A stretch of 64,000 nucleotides of DNA. Source: Flaccisagitta enflata (lineage: Eukaryota). Positions 34,601 through 49,459 of this stretch are shown here, piece by piece (within the stretch, counting starts at the first letter, position 1; the number at the start of each line of letters is the position of its first letter). The stretch lies in the NCBI GenBank assembly GCA_965153355.1, contig OZ231126.1:28582001-28646000 (forward strand), in the 5' to 3' direction. The position numbers were made by a program, and so were the translations under genes. The notes below the pieces were generated by a model. The model did not search any database and was not told the DNA's origin. It saw only the letters and a program-made list of their open reading frames with translations.

Positions 34601-36072
34601 TAGTATCCATGCCACCATCGAATGGATTTAACCATCTATTAACCATTGTTGATAGATTCACTCGATGGCCAGCTGCCATTCCTATCCCAGACATAAACGC
34701 AGAGACAGTGATTGATTCTCTCACACATGGGTGGATTTCAACATATGGCGTACCCGAAATAATCACTACAGACAGAGGAAGCCAGTTCTCTTCACAAATT
34801 TTTACTCAATTACTCAAGAATTGGGGCATACGCCACATAATGACTACGGCATACCACCCGGAAGCAAATGGTATGGTGGAGAGGCTCCATAGACGCCTCA
34901 AGGAGAGCTTAATCGCCTTGGGGGAAGGTGAAAGATTACAGTGGTTCTGGAAACTTCCAATGGCCTTACTCGCAATAAGAACCACCATCAAACCAGACAT
35001 TGGAGCATCTCCTTCAGAGTTGGTTTTTGGAGAAGGCGTCACCGTCCCGGGGCAGCTCATTGGCCCTCCAAACCTCACCGAAGAGGAGCTCATTAGAGCT
35101 CAAAGATCAACTCTGAGCAGCCTTCGAGTGGAAGTGGAAAGATTGCAGCCCACTCCAACATCCGCCCACAGGAATCCTCGCATCAATATTCCAGATGAAC
35201 TTTCCACAGCAACACATGTGCTAGTAAGAAAAGGGGTCCAACCATCCTTAACTGCACCCTACGAAGGCCCTTACAAAGTGCTTGCAAGAACGCCTACAGG
35301 ATTCAGATTGCAATTTCCTGGTAGAGGAACCGACATCGTCGCCCTCTCTCGCCTAAAACCAGCTCTAACAGCACGTGACGACGAACGTGATGAGGAGAAT
35401 GATGATGAAATAACGCCTCCATCACCTCCTCCTCCTGGCCGTCCTCCTGGCATCAGGACTCGCCATCCGGCTCCAATTACGCGACAGACGCGCAGCACCA
35501 CGCAGCAGCAGCAGCCTCGTCAACAGTCGCAGCAGCAGCAGCAGCAGCAGCAGCAGCGTCATCCTCAACCTTCGACAGCCAGTGAGCCCAACAGCAGCTC
35601 GCAATCCTTGCAAGTCCCGTGCTCTAGCCGAGATGCACCAGGAGAGCCACTTCCAGACTCTCCTCCTCTTCCTCCTCCTTCGAGGCGCTCGAGACATCAA
35701 CGAGATCCATCTCCAGAGACAGTTGACCCAACCGGAAGGGTGAACATCCCGGACGATCCCAATCTCTCCATCTGCCCTGATCCTGTGGGCGAAGGAATCC
35801 TAGCAGACGCCTTTCCTCATCTTCCTGGTCCAATCAATCGAGATCCAAGAGACACTGACCAGCCTCTTCTTCCTCCTCCTCTTCCAAACCCCACTCCAGC
35901 CAGTGACAATGTGCAAGGGGGCGCCAATCCCACACCAACCGGAAACAACGCGCAAGGGGGCGCAGGAAGGCCCAAGGTACTGTCCTTTTCAAATCCCAAA
36001 AAGGGTAACTTCTCATATCGTCGTCGAAGACCAGATGTGTCTGCTTTAAGGAAAATTCTCAGTGAACTGTAG
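31552..36072 (+). CDS. pol: Pol polyprotein of Gypsy B, entered by -1 frameshift near 31597
   Basis: [29 protein letters not shown] and GPY motifs; uninterrupted. Confidence 0.96.
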   Translation: MPSVQVLQLFSKAGKRTRGQTSVNAATPSSSSNVHNDLLYVHDETTKQKWLIDGGAVLSIMPPTLAQRLQGHSNLQLQAANGSRIKCYGVRQMPIHLPGRRLSFPVTIADVKQPILGADFLAKNYLAPNHRDGTLIDLKDMSTIKVDFEEKDQPIRVNHVAHATNPYYKLLDNKFPELSNPSFRVKEVDHGVYHYIPTEGPPVQARARKLDPEKLAVAKAEIDKLVELGVCERGKSDWSSPLLVTTKPCNSPCTCETQKPCGGWRVCGDYRRLNNLTTDDRYPVRNLQDFNSDLRGKKIFSKVDLLKGYHQIPVNPSDVKKTAVITPFGLFLFPRCPFGLKNAGQDFQRLMDKILGEIPHVFVYLDDILIASSSQEEHLQDLETVFKILEENGLVVNRKKCVLGESTIEFLGHICDAHGIKPLPCKVEAIRKVKPPTTIKELQRFLGMINYYRRFIKAAAHHLYHLFEALGSKPKRLLWSPEMQASFDAIKEALAAATMLHHPDPTLPLALTTDASDVAIGAVIEQRGPNGWEPLAFFSKKLSDSQQKWSPYDRELHAVHKGVRHFKHMLEGRSFTIYTDHQSLVPSMAKKTDAQTARQSNQLSEISEYSTDIRYLEGKSNVVADALSRPNGKLDPPTVSNVSQLYSEMPEHIFRQDISRMREAGTLGVYQVNYEEEDDDTEPEVEEYNPMDDEDEEEDLDTEADANFFDEMEQRFNRLKACSSQTNPSGALPSSPSSTTASSAPSSTPARALPPPHSSTTASSAPSSTPSVALPPPPSSNLASSATSSKSTSSAKAKHVSFAPTISSVSHPPQHPQQHIEDQLQQHDSQAKKQIESMPDLKRFFEPKSNEATSSSPAIPKGYKPVPEEKLEDLQLLVNSVNHYSIDLEDMARQQALDPELRQLRREAQTGLSFRKVQVGTTYLFVDVSNGPARPFVPLSYRRRIFDVVHGLGHPGVERTRQSITDKFVWPNIKQDVCKWARECIPCQQAKIQKHVVPPIADFTVPPKRFQHLHVDLVSMPPSNGFNHLLTIVDRFTRWPAAIPIPDINAETVIDSLTHGWISTYGVPEIITTDRGSQFSSQIFTQLLKNWGIRHIMTTAYHPEANGMVERLHRRLKESLIALGEGERLQWFWKLPMALLAIRTTIKPDIGASPSELVFGEGVTVPGQLIGPPNLTEEELIRAQRSTLSSLRVEVERLQPTPTSAHRNPRINIPDELSTATHVLVRKGVQPSLTAPYEGPYKVLARTPTGFRLQFPGRGTDIVALSRLKPALTARDDERDEENDDEITPPSPPPPGRPPGIRTRHPAPITRQTRSTTQQQQPRQQSQQQQQQQQQRHPQPSTASEPNSSSQSLQVPCSSRDAPGEPLPDSPPLPPPSRRSRHQRDPSPETVDPTGRVNIPDDPNLSICPDPVGEGILADAFPHLPGPINRDPRDTDQPLLPPPLPNPTPASDNVQGGANPTPTGNNAQGGAGRPKVLSFSNPKKGNFSYRRRRPDVSALRKILSEL
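31591..31640 (+). promoter_or_regulatory. -1 ribosomal frameshift signal, Gypsy B
   Basis: In-frame G GGA AAC (31591-31597) then AGGGGG...CCCCCT stem. Confidence 0.75.
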
Positions 36073-36327
36073 CTTACTTCATTTACATGTTGTAGTAGCT
36101 CTCTTAACTCATATAATTTTTATCGTTCGCGTGTATATATATCTTTATATCATTCGTCGAGTGGTCAGGGCACTTAAAACCTGTTTAAACTTCTTACTCA
36201 CTTGTGTAGTGTCGCAGAGGACGCAACCTCTATAAAAAAAGTTTACTCTCCTCATTTACGTGTCCACTCACGTCGTTCAGTAGCCTGCTTCCGTCCATTT
36301 TCACCTCCGTACGCAGTCTAGGGGGCG

Positions 36328-36490
36328 TGTAGCTCTCGTTAGGTTTAGCAGCTTTATATACTATAACCGTAACTCAACCTTTTGTTTGCGTACATCTTAC
36401 CGTGTCCATCTCTCTTCATTTGCATATAGTCGCCTATGTTACTTTGACTTTGCTTTAGGGGTTGACACCTTAGATGGAGGGGCTAACGTC
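36328..36490 (+). repeat. Truncated 3' LTR of Gypsy B
   Basis: Matches 27332-27490 with many substitutions, then abuts a HINE-like 5' end (GTCGCGTAGCACGCGACTAAAAA, minus strand). Confidence 0.85.
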
Positions 36491-36867
36491 TCACACTTGA
36501 CCAGGGAAAAAGCGGGGCGTAGTGTCGCGTAGCACGCGACTAAAAACTGCCTTACCCCCTCCCTTCCCCCTTTTACCCACGCTACGATGAAATGTATCGA
36601 CTTTACTATCGACTTCCGATTCAGTATAACAAGGTAATGATAAGAGGTATTAAAGGCGATGATAGTAAAAGGAATTATCGGACTTTGATCGGGTTTCATC
36701 TTATCGCTTTCATTCAGGATCCCGAAATCGGATTTGTCACAGTTCATCGGATTTTGTGGGACTGCGAAGGGAATCAAAGACGAACTTGGTTCATCGCGAA
36801 AAATGTCACTAAATTCAAATCAAGAATTAGTTTTATTGTCATTCCGGTTTGACACTCCATCTCTAAC

Positions 36868-37035
<168 letters not shown>

Positions 37036-37423
37036 TTAACATACCCCTCGGTCATCATCAATTCCATCTCCACCACTAATACTATCTTCTTCGCCTTTTC
37101 CCCCCTCCTTTACCTGTTTTTCCGTTCTTTCTGCCGACCTCCAACTTTCCTTACTTACTTACAAGATGTCTTATCCCCTGATTTGTGTCTGCACAGTCTC
37201 CACACTGTTCAGTTACAGTGCCTGTATAAATGATGTCTATCGGTCCGTGGGTAAGACAGCATTTTTAGGCTTTTCGGGTCTTTCCCAGCAGTTTTTTGTT
37301 TGTTCATTTTTAATCACTGTCGACATCCACCAGCAAATGACTGACGGTCTTGAAATTTTATTTGATCCGTCAGTTGGTTAATCGATCCGTCTACTAACAA
37401 TGCGTTCGTCAGTGGCAAAGCAA

Positions 37424-37756
37424 TTTTTAAGTCGCGTGCACGCCACTCTATAACCTGCTATGTCTATCGGTCAGTTCGTCGGTTGGTCTGGCGGTCCGTA
37501 ACGCTTTGCTTTTCGGCGGTCACGAGTGATTTTTGCATTTTTTGCCCAAATGCTAGGTTAGCCTCTGTTATCACTGCCCTTGCCCATCCGCACGCGACTT
37601 GGGTAGCCGTAGGTCCGGGCTTGTGGAAACGAGTCCAAAATTGGGAGTGTTTCAGATGCTTATTGTGTGTGTGTATATGGGGGCTGGGGCATGGGGTGTG
37701 GATGGGGGCTTGACGCCCCGGCCGCAACGATATTGTAACCCCGCGTCACATGTTTA
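37424..37756 (+). mobile_element. DINE-1/HINE-like element(s)
   Basis: TTTTTAAGTCGCGTGCACG 5' end, GTCG-type repeats, GCACGCGACT inverted copy, GCC..GGC hairpin; adjoining GCAAC.ATATTGT.ACC.CGCGTCAC 3' end as at ~42400. Confidence 0.6.
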
Positions 37757-38330
37757 AGTAATGCGCCGTATCTCAGCGAATAAATGATATGACTGTCTAA
37801 ACAAACGGGTATACCAAATGGCTGGTAGAGTGAATTAGATATTCGCGCGGCTTGCAACTGAAAAAAAAGCTACCTAAGGAAGCTAGAAATAGTTTCATAT
37901 CCAACGTTTGAAAAAAAATATAGCCCAAGTTTTTTTCTCTTACACTTTTTACGCCGGGTTTCTTTGCGCAGTCCACGCCCTACATCATCAGCCCTTTTAG
38001 CCAGGATGTCTAGATATCAGGAAAGCTGTTAAAAAATCAAAGCATTTTTCAAACCTCTCCAGTCTATACTTCCACCTAAAAATGTTTCTAAGCCACTATG
38101 GAATTTCAAAATTAAAGTTATGCATCCAAATGTATCCTTTGCTGTGCATCGCATCAAATACAGAAGAATTTGAATGTCGCACTATGGAAGAGCTGCGTCG
38201 CAGAAATGTCGACTCAACTTCTTTAGATGCGTCTGTCTGTATATCACGCTTTCGTGAAAACAGCGAATAACGTTCACATTCATCACCATTCTTTATTTCT
38301 TTATGAAGGTGTACCTTCTAGAGTTCTTTG

Positions 38331-38421
38331 ATTCATTCATTCATTTATTCATTCATTCATTCATTCATTTATTCATTCATTCATTCATTTATTCATTCAT
38401 TCATTCATTCATTCATTCATC
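38331..38421. repeat. (ATTC)n microsatellite
   Basis: Direct reading; also (GAAT)n at 46879-46960 and (ATTC)n at 53527-53578. Confidence 0.95.
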
Positions 38422-38949
38422 CAACCCGTATGGTTGGCCTACTTGGCCTTGTTCCTCCCCACAGCGGGGCCACGCGTTTTGTCCTTTCCAAGCTTCCTTT
38501 AGAATTCTCTCACGTGAAACTCAGGAGGACGCCTGCACTCATCTTTTTTTTTGTCTCTGATCTCACCAAGGAAAATTGCGCAGCTAAAATGAAAGACTGG
38601 AATAGAAAAGATAAGAAGAAGCGGAGTGCAGTGGAAGGACAGGAAACGATAACAAGCATTCATCTGATGCAGGCAGGAAAAACATTGAATTCGCTTTGAC
38701 TGTCTTAAGGTTCGGCGAAGAACTCTTTACCATGAATCTTTGCATAATTCTTTGACAAGCCACAACACAACAAATTTAAACGGCCCGAGATTATGAGTGG
38801 CGAGGTAGAGAGAGAAATAGGAGAAGAAATAAAACACAAACAAACAAACATCGAAAGAAGAAAAAGCTTTAGGCAAGAATCTATTGCTACTCTGCTAGTT
38901 AGTGTTTGTTTATGTCTCTGGAGGACCGACCGACCGAGATTCTGTACCC

Positions 38950-39053
<104 letters not shown>

Positions 39054-40100
39054 AATTGTACACAATTGTATGTTCACGCGCGTTAAATTTAGGCAAGATT
39101 AGATCCAAAAGTCACACATATTTCATTTACGTTTTACATTTAAAATACCATCTTGGCCATAAATATAAGCACAGTAGGTGTATAAGTTGATTTATTGACT
39201 AGAAGCGAGCAGCAAACATATCAGACTGCATCCAATATTTAGTAGGACCATATTGGGCATCCACCACCCCCTGCATTAACTTTGGCATTAACTCGTACAG
39301 AGATCAGAGGTACTCTGGAGTTATGCTGTTTCAAACCGTTTATGCGATTCATTTCAGCCCTACTTTGCATGTTGTTTTCCCCTGTTTTTGCAGGTTTTTT
39401 GTTTGAATCTTTGAATTCTCAACTAGATTAAGATCCAAATTGATGTGGGGTAACCCTGGACGAGCTTGACTCGTCAATCTTACAGTATATTTGGCACAGT
39501 GTCACAGTGCACCATAATCCATAAACTAAGAAAAATTTGCCCAACCACACTTGCAAAAGGCAAATGTTTTATTCATTTGGCTCTCATTTCTAAACGAATA
39601 AAGATACAGGAACCAGCTTGGTCTCATTTGATAGATTTTTCAAAGATGCAAATTTTGTTAAAAAAATCATCCCTCTGCTATTAAAATTGAGCGAGTTATG
39701 ACACTTTAAAGCTGTGCTTATATTTATGGCCAAGATGGTAGTTGTCCCTCTGAAACAGTGTCCCTTGAAACATTGCTTGTTTAGTACATGTGCAGCAGAC
39801 CATACTTACTAGTTGTCCCTCGGTCGATCCATCCGTCGAACGGTTCCTCCGTCGGTCATTCATTTCATTTGTCCGTCCACCATATTCTGCTCTTTGCAGC
39901 AGTGCCTCAGCCCGTCCTTCTGATGGTCCTTTCGTCGGCTATTGTAGATTGTTCCTCTGAGTCTGAATTGCTTGTTTATTCTTTTTTCATTCCTTTCTTT
40001 CCTCCTTCCTTCCTTCCTTCCTTCCTTCCTTTCGTTCTTGCTTTCTTTCTTTCATGTTTTCTTACTTTCTTTCTGACACCTTTATTTCTCTCTCTCTTTT

Positions 40101-40164
<64 letters not shown>

Positions 40165-40205
40165 ATTTTTTTTTTTTTTCTTTCTTTTTTTTTTCTTTCT
40201 TTCTT

Positions 40206-40304
<99 letters not shown>

Positions 40305-40377
40305 CTCTTTCTGGCTTTCTCTCAACCTGCTTTTTATTTGAACACCAACTCTATAAGAGGCTTTCAGCCTTTTTCAT

Positions 40378-41261
<884 letters not shown>

Positions 41262-41955
41262 TACAATTGAAAAATGTATCAATTGAAAAATGTATCATGT
41301 ACGATGAAAACTTTTCTTTAGCATTGAACAACAAACTCTTAGAATTTGTCACTGTAATTGTTTCACTGAATTATTTATTATTTATTGGTACTTCGGTACT
41401 GCTCAAACAATTCATTGTTGGTGTGTTAATCACATTATGAGCAATTAAATCCAATCCAATCCAATCCAATCTCTCTCTCTCTCTCTCACTCTCTTTCTCT
41501 CTCTCTCCATTAAAAGGGGTTGGGCACATTTCTTTCTCTCCAGTGAGCAGAGAACAAAACCCTATGGGTACGAAACGACGATGCCAATGGCTCCAGAATC
41601 CAGATACAACCTCCTCTGGATCCTCCCTCTTTCGATTTTTGTCCTTTTGAATTTGGTGAGTTCTCTCTAGTTTCTGCCAAATTTGGCATGAAAGCGTAAA
41701 AGTTGATATTCTTTTCAAATTCTTTTTTTATCCTCTTCATGACAAGAGATCACAGTTACATTTTTTCAGTCATGGATAAGCCTAGCCACCCTCCCTGTTG
41801 TTGGCTGGTCCGCCTGTTCATCTTTCCATTCATCCGTGTCCGTGAATAATATTCACTGAATATGTCTTTCTGTTTGACTGTCTCCAAATATACCTGTCTG
41901 TTTATCGCCCTGTCACTCTCCATATTCATCTCCTGTCTATCTGTCTCTGTCTTTG

Positions 41956-42054
<99 letters not shown>

Positions 42055-42222
42055 TTTCCCTGTAAACATCTAAACTCAGGCACCATCACGTCTTTTCCTC
42101 GGGTAATGAAGGCGCAATCCAGAACTAATGCGAAGATTAGGGAAATCCAAAGCACGAGCCTCGCTCTGAGTCTGTACGAGTGAATGATCTTCAAACCAAA
42201 TTATTCGATGGCTTTATCGCAC

Positions 42223-42428
42223 TTTTTAGTTGCGGATAAGCATCTCTGTAAGAGGCTTTGTCTGTCCGTCCGTCCGTCCGTCCGTCCATGGTGATCGAGT
42301 CGAAAAATACTAAAATGAATCTGTTTATGTATGTTGGTGTATGGAGTGGGTTTTGGGGTGAGGATGGGGGTTGGATGCCCCTGCCCACCCGTCCGCAACA
42401 ATATTGTGACCTCGCGTCACTTGTTTCT
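42223..42428 (+). mobile_element. DINE-1/HINE-like element
   Basis: TTTTTAGTTGCGGA 5' end, (GTCC)n, TCCGCAAC inverted copy, GTGAC..GTCAC hairpin, TTGTTT. Confidence 0.7.
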
Positions 42429-43204
42429 TTAAAACAAGTAGGCACATGTGCTCGTAAACTGCATAGCCAGACAAAGCCAGTCGCAGATGTAAAAAGGTAA
42501 CATCGAAGACGTGATAATCGCACAAGTGGTAATGTTAATGTAAGCAGACTCACAGTAGTCTTTGCATTTCAGGATCATCAACATAGCATGATTAGCATCA
42601 TGTACCAGAGACATTCTTGGCTCCCATTTCGATTGAAAGACCTGATTCCTGGGATGATTACTGTGTATCAAATGGATTGACTTTATTCAGGGGAACAAAA
42701 ATTTAAATAAGAATTAATTTTTAAAATCTTGCGACACAAGTAAAAAGTGCAACAGCATAAGTGTAATTGAGGTCGAGCATCAGTGTAATTGCATCTTTTT
42801 GGATCAAATTAGAAAACTCTGGTAAGGTCAATATTTGTTGAACTAATTGATGTTGAATAAAATAATTGGCTGTTCTGCCTCATGATTTAAAAATCATTGT
42901 CTTTCTTAATTCTTTCGCTCTTTTCATTAAGAACGCAGCAGTCCGACAGCATATTAAGGTAACGAATAACTTGCCCGTGTCTGAAGAAAGAGGCTAGACG
43001 ACGGAAAAATAGACAGACCGATGGAGATGAATGTGACTTGAAATGAAGAAGCCTTGTCGGGTAATGAGGATTTGTTGTTGGCAGCGTTTCTCGCAAATTT
43101 TGCGGGGAAAACAAGAACGAAAAACAAATGAACTTTAGGCATGGAAATCAGTGACGAATGACGGCACATAGGGACGACACTATCTATTTCGTCGCTGACA
43201 AAGC

Positions 43205-43490
43205 AGTGAGGGGTGGCCTACCGGTAACGCGCTGGCTCTTCCATCGGATGGTCGCGGGTTTGATCCTGCAAGTTGACATGTGCTTCCCCGGCCAGGCCTG
43301 GGGCCCGAGGCGCTGCTTCGTGCCCGGTGTGGCATGGCTCGCGGAGTTATGGGCAGTGCCGCGTCCCAGGTGACGAAGCGGAGTGGCGGTCTGGTCAGCC
43401 ATGCTTCCTCCTTAAACATCATTTCTGGCATTTGCCTGTTTTTGTGGGATCTCAACACAGTGGGTGGTGGCCTGTCGAGACTGATTAGCA
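43205..43490 (+). mobile_element. Probable tRNA-derived SINE
   Basis: A-box TGGCCTACCGG (43214) and B-box GGTTTGATCC (43257) at tRNA spacing, followed by a GC-rich body; 3' limit uncertain. Confidence 0.5.
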
Positions 43491-43503
43491 AAATTTGAAC
43501 CTA

Positions 43504-43735
43504 TTTTTGGGGTAAGCGACTCTATAGAGGGTGTCTCCGTATGCAGGAAGGTCCGAAACGTGAAAATTTGGAAGACGTGAAATCGTATGAAATACTAATA
43601 GTGATTTCTGAGCATTTTTGCCCCTGCCCGTCCAGATTACAGCCCCCGCCCTGCCCCATACTCCCCCATCCACCTGCATTTCTGCCCCTGCCCACCCACC
43701 AGCGACTACTTATTGGCCGTGTATCCGGCCTTGTT
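43504..43735 (+). mobile_element. HINE-like element (degenerate)
   Basis: GCGACTCTATA near the 5' end, GCGACT..GGCCGTGTATCCGGCCTTGTT 3' hairpin. Confidence 0.55.
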
Positions 43736-44729
43736 CTTCTTTACTCTGTCAAAGTCAAACTTCTGCGCGTTAAGAATATATGAAGAGTGACACAAATCAA
43801 ATAAATACAGTTTTTGATTTGTAACACAAGATTTTTGTAACTCTCTCAGGAGTCTCTTGGTACGCTTTGGTATCTTTTCATTTTGCATTTTTGTTATGCG
43901 CATGAGAAAGATAGATTTAGAGTCGATAGACCCACTGAATGAATTTACCCGAAACACGGGAGTCGGGACTCCACTATGATAAGTTTATCCCCGAGTCTCT
44001 CTTCTTTTGCAAAAGAGGGGGAAAACCCTTAAAGTGGATGGCAGGCGCAAAGAAACGACCGAATTGCGGCCTCAAAGCCACCAAATAGCACCGAAACAAA
44101 CAAAAATCTGTCAGCCATAATTCTCCCAAACGCCTCCTTAATCCCGGCCTCGTTCATCCCGGCCTCGTTCAAACCTCCCTATAACGAGTATTTCAGCCCT
44201 AGTCAAGACATTTCAAGTGTTTCTACAGCATGATTTTTACGAGATGAAATGTTTTATAACACAAAAGGTTCATGAGATGATCAAATTCCGAAAAAAAATA
44301 TTCTGAAATAGCGTTTGTGAAGTCTTTTTTTCATTCATCAAAAACAGCATACGAATGAATATGGCGAGTGATCGCGTGGCCGTGGGCTACAGGGTATCAG
44401 TGCAACAGGTAACCGCGTATCAGTGTAACACCGTTCCAGCGTCAACAATATGAACAAACTCTTTTCCACGACCTCGACGTCTTCTGAAGGGGGAAAAAGA
44501 AAAAAAAAAGACTAAGAACTTTTATGCCAATAATGACCTCGGGCCTTGGGATCTATTTTCACCACATTCACAGCGTCAGAATCTGAGGAGCCGTACATAA
44601 TCTATCGTTTACCTGGTTCTCACCCGGCTTTTGGGGCTCCCATGGCCAATTAAAGGAATGGTTTATTGTCAATTACGAAAGAGGCAGTTTCAATTCATAT
44701 CCAGGCTCGTAGATTTTAGTCATTATTTT

Positions 44730-44764
44730 AACAACAACATCGACAGCAACAACGACAACAACAA

Positions 44765-44854
<90 letters not shown>

Positions 44855-44855
44855 C
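44730..44855. repeat. (AAC)n microsatellite
   Basis: Direct reading. Confidence 0.95.
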
Positions 44856-46736
44856 TGTTAAAGAAGAAATCGCTGGATTCAACTGATCTGACATGAGACA
44901 CAATCAAAGAATCGTATTCCACTCTCTCTCAGCCTCCCCAAAGACTTACCGCAATCCACTGAATCAACTCCTCCTCCTCTTATTTCCTCCTCATTTTTTC
45001 TCTCAACTCTCCTCTCCTCACTCACCCTATTTTAGGGTATGACAAAGCACCTCTATAACTGGCTGTAACCAGTCGGTTGGTTGGTCTGTAACGCATTCGT
45101 TCGACGATCCACACGTCGCACCTTATTGGCCTACTTGGCCTTGTTAGTTGCACACTCAGCTTTACAAGCAGCTATAAATGTTGGTCCGTTGGTCCGTCAG
45201 TCCGTCAGTCGGCATCACTGCCCCTGCCTACTTGTTTGATTGACCTTTCTCATCTCTGCCTCTGCCCACTTGGAAAACTAAGATTTTTTTCTCTCTATAA
45301 AGTGCATAGTGCACACGATAAACTAACCGTCCTCCAACTTGGGATGTGGAAGCGGTCGATTTTAATGCCGCTTCCAACGCTTCCGCTTCCATTTTTGGAG
45401 TTAAAATACCAGTGGCCATCCCACCCACCAAAATGGAAACGGTCAGTCGCTTCCACACCCCTACGGCTCCAACTGTCATCTTCCTCCTCTGCCTCTCGTT
45501 TGCCTCCTTTCCCTTTTTCCCTTCCCCCACCTCCCGCTTCTGCTTCCATTTTTATAGTTTTGTAGTTCAAATGCTAGTGGCTATCCCAGCCACCAAAATG
45601 GAAATGGTCAATCGCTTCCACATCCCTACGCTACGGCTCCAACTGTCATCTTCCTCCTCTGCCTCTCCATTTGCCTCCTTTTCCCCTTCTCCCTTCCTTC
45701 ACCTCCCTCTTTTCCTCCCTCGCCTCGGTCTGCAACAAATTTTCTTAATTTTTTCCCGCTCCACATCCCCGCTCATCCGCTTCAGCCTCCACACCACAAT
45801 CCCTCCACCACCCACACCACAATCCCTCCACCACCTACACCACAATCCCTCTACCACCCTCATCATAATCCCTCCACCACCCACACCACAAAATCTCCAC
45901 CACCCACACCACTATCCCTCACCACCCACACAAAAATCCCTCGACCACCCACACCTCAATCCCTCCACCACCCACAATTCATCTGTGATTAAAGAAATTA
46001 CTTTAACTGATCTTCATTTTTGCTTGGCTCTTTTCCTTTTAATGATCTTTATACATATGTTGAGCACCGTCAGAGCGCACCCGCTAATAAAGCATATCCG
46101 CCATTAGGGCATATACCCTTCTGTCCAATGAGAAATTCTTTAGTTATTTCTATATTAGCAACAAGACAGCTTCACTATAAGACCTAATTTTGCTCAATCC
46201 CACAAATTGCGCTCAAGTGAAGTTCAACGGTACGTTTCCTCGGCAATTGTGTGATTCTTGAGGTCATGTTACTTCTCAGAGAAATAAGCTTTTTTGAGGG
46301 GGAAAAAAGAAGAAACAAAAAAAGAATATGACCGACCGACCCATACCATCTTCTCCCCATCACTATCTCAGCATCCACATATCACCCATTCATCACCATC
46401 AAATATTTCTCCTCCCTCCCCCTCCCCCTCCCCCCCCCCCAAAAAGTTTTTCTTTCTCGGAAATCTTTTCTTTCTTTTCGTAATGGAAGGCTGAGTAAAC
46501 GAGACGAGATGAAACAGATTTTGTTTCGCCCTGTCAATCGTGCGAATCAATGGGAAAAATTGAAAGAAAGAAAAGAGTCGTAAGAAATGATAAATTAATG
46601 GGAAAATGAGAAGCGAGGAAGGTGAAAAAAAAAGAAGGAAAATTCAAGGGATGATAGAAAGACGAAAGTAAATGAGGCTTAAGGAAGAAAGAGAGAAAGT
46701 AAGAAAGAAAAAAGAAAGAAAAAAAAGAAAGAAAGA

Positions 46737-46768
<32 letters not shown>

Positions 46769-46780
46769 TTAAAGGCAAGC

Positions 46781-46824
<44 letters not shown>

Positions 46825-47221
46825 AGAATGGAGACAAATGAAAGAATTAGATGTTTGACGGGAAACGAAAGAAAAAGTGAATGAATGAATGAATGAATGA
46901 ATGAATGAATGAATGAATGAATGAATGAATGAATGAATGAATGAATGAATGAATGAATGAAAGAAAACAAACAGGGAAAGATGTGAAAGTTAGAAAAAGA
47001 AATGAATATTCATGAAATCATGGGATAGCCACGAAACAAAAAGGAAGAAAAAAAAAGGCACAAATTACGAACCGGCAAAGACATTAATTTCTCCCTCAAA
47101 GCTATTAATTTCTTTTTACGATTTCATCACAAGGGAATTTTGGATGAGCAAAAAAGTTTACCCGTCATGCGCATTGTAAATTTCATACTCGCTTTTGAAT
47201 TTTGATTGATGGAAGAAATTT

Positions 47222-47318
<97 letters not shown>

Positions 47319-49331
47319 ATTGTTTAGAGCATGTCCCTGCTGCGTTCCGAAAGGCTGCACCACCTGCGCCTTTCGATGCGGTCGCCATCGACGACATCAT
47401 TCATCGCCTTTCGCCCACGGATTTGGATTATGGTGTTGAGCCCGGAATGACCCGTCGCCTCTGTAATGGAGAAGGCGCAGGTGATGTGATCGTTCCAGGA
47501 TGCTTACCAATTTCTTTTTACCTTACAGATTCGTTTTTATAGATAGTTAGTAACTTATTTATTTTGTCTTGTTTTTGTTTGTTTCCTTGGAACATGTACA
47601 TTTTTTGTTTTGTTTGTTTTAGACATGGTCTTTTTAGTCATTATTACGGTCACTTTCTATGACATGTTTTAGTAGCATGCCCCCACTTATCTTTTCTCCA
47701 CTCTTGTCAAATCCCAGGCTTTGAGGCTCGAGGCCTGTTTCCCCTCCCCCTTCCCTTTAACTTTTTCAGAACGGGCGCCAACCTTCGCTGCCGCCTTCCG
47801 TTCCATTCGCCATTGGGATCGCTGTAAATTTGCTGGTGGTATCCTTTCCGGACGGGAATCATCATTCGTGCAATCGTCGATCTGTTGATAGTTAGGTTGG
47901 GGAGCAAGAGGCGGTGGACGGGGGGAGGGGCGGAGGGCTGAGTCTATGTAAATTTTTTTAAGGAAGGTAGTATCAGGTTTTTTAGTAGGTTTCACACTGA
48001 AACTAGGGGTGTCTGATTTGAAATTCCGTAATTCCAAAATGGGGCAGAATGTTAGAAATGTATGTCCGTCCGTCTATTGATATGTGTGCTTTGTCTCTTC
48101 TTTTGCGTGCTTTTGGCTTTTTCTCTTTTTCGATTATTCAATGCCCGCGTCTTTTGTTTCTCGCCATTTTTTATATTGAACGCTAGATGGGTAACCATAT
48201 GGTTGCGCCTTGTATTTTGTGCCATTTGTTTTTATTACGTAGGCGAACATACGTATCTCGTCTTTCGTATCATCCAATTTTTGGATTGATTGATTTTATT
48301 TATTTACGGCATTGCTTCTTAAAGTGATTGATTGATTTTTCGTGATCGTCTGAATGCGCCCTTGGAATTCACTAATTTCAATAATCTCTCATCTTTTTAT
48401 TGCAGATAAACTAATGAACGGACAATTAACGTTAATTTGACTTCGACAGACTGTGGGTTGAAACCAACGAAAGTGGGCCTAAAAGTAAGTTTTATAGACG
48501 CGCGTTTGTTTTTATTATCGTTGTTTTATCTTGTCTTCCGGTCTGTTATTTGTCTTTTGTCCTTTGCATTTTTATCGCCGGATTTTAGTATGGTTTTATC
48601 GCTTGCCCGATCAGCTTGCTATAGGGATGATATGGATGAATTTAATGGGATGGGCCGGGGCAGGGGCAGGTATTATCAGGTGGCATGGGCTCTGAAGAAG
48701 ATGAACATGTTGTCATGTGCTGTTTCTGTCCTTATTGTGTCCTATCTCGATTTCATGTTATCTTTTGCGTTTGCTGATCACAATTAACGCCCACTTTCCC
48801 TTTCATTTTTCCCCCTCTCTTCAGTTGTTGAAATTTTTATGGAATAAACGAGACGATCGCCTTCCTATTTTCCAATCGGCCAACTTTCTTTCACCACAAG
48901 TCGTCAGTCAGATAGACGCTCATAGACAGTGCCAGTTGAAACTCGTGGGCGTAATTATAATGGGGATTTCTTGGACGGCCGGGTCCGGGAAAGGCGGGAA
49001 CATTGGAGGCAAAAATGGATTTTACTGGAAATGTCAGAAGCTCAATGCAAAAAGTGAAAACGAGCGCAGGATCGAAATCAGGATGGCACAAAACCTATCT
49101 ATGATTGGCAACACAACTTTTTCATAAGCTGGAGGTTGGTTAGCGACTTGGAGTCTTTAGTTAGAAATTGTAGAAAGATGGTTCCGCACCAAAAATATGT
49201 ATTGTGGAAACTTTACGCATGACATGAAGCAGCGACGGATCAAAACGAATGGTTTTAGGCTGAATTTTTAACACCACATGTACTTAGGGGGTCGCCGCGC
49301 TAGATGACCAAACCTATAATAGTGAATTGGT

Positions 49332-49459
49332 GTGTCAATATGTTTTGGCATTTAGATTTTATAGAACTTCAAAGATTGAAATACCCAAAAATTGTTATTT
49401 TGACATACCCTTAGATCTTTGAAGTTCTATAAAATCTAAATGCAAAAACATACTGACAC
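49332..49459. repeat. 45-bp near-perfect inverted repeat with 38-bp loop
   Basis: GTGTCAATATGTTTTGGCATTTAGATTTTATAGAACTTCAAAGAT / ATCTTTGAAGTTCTATAAAATCTAAATGCAAAAACATACTGACAC. Confidence 0.85.

Larger units (their letters stand above)
27332..36490 (+). mobile_element. Ty3/Gypsy LTR retrotransposon B (CsRn1-like clade), 3' LTR truncated
   Basis: 5' LTR TGTAGCT...AGCTACA; PBS-like TGGTGACTCCCG; intact gag and pol; PPT AGGGGGCG; 3' LTR begins at 36328 and matches only ~160 bp. Confidence 0.95.

Noticed and set aside
39788-40458. Hydrophobic N-terminal half of the 448-aa ORF
   Set aside because: Read-through of (CTTT)n/(CT)n repeats; only the part after 40459 is coding-derived
47328-49127. Possible plus-strand host exons with AG/GT borders (47329-47480, 47770-47891, 48406-48484)
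   Set aside because: No consistent reading frame or recognisable domain; needs RNA-seq
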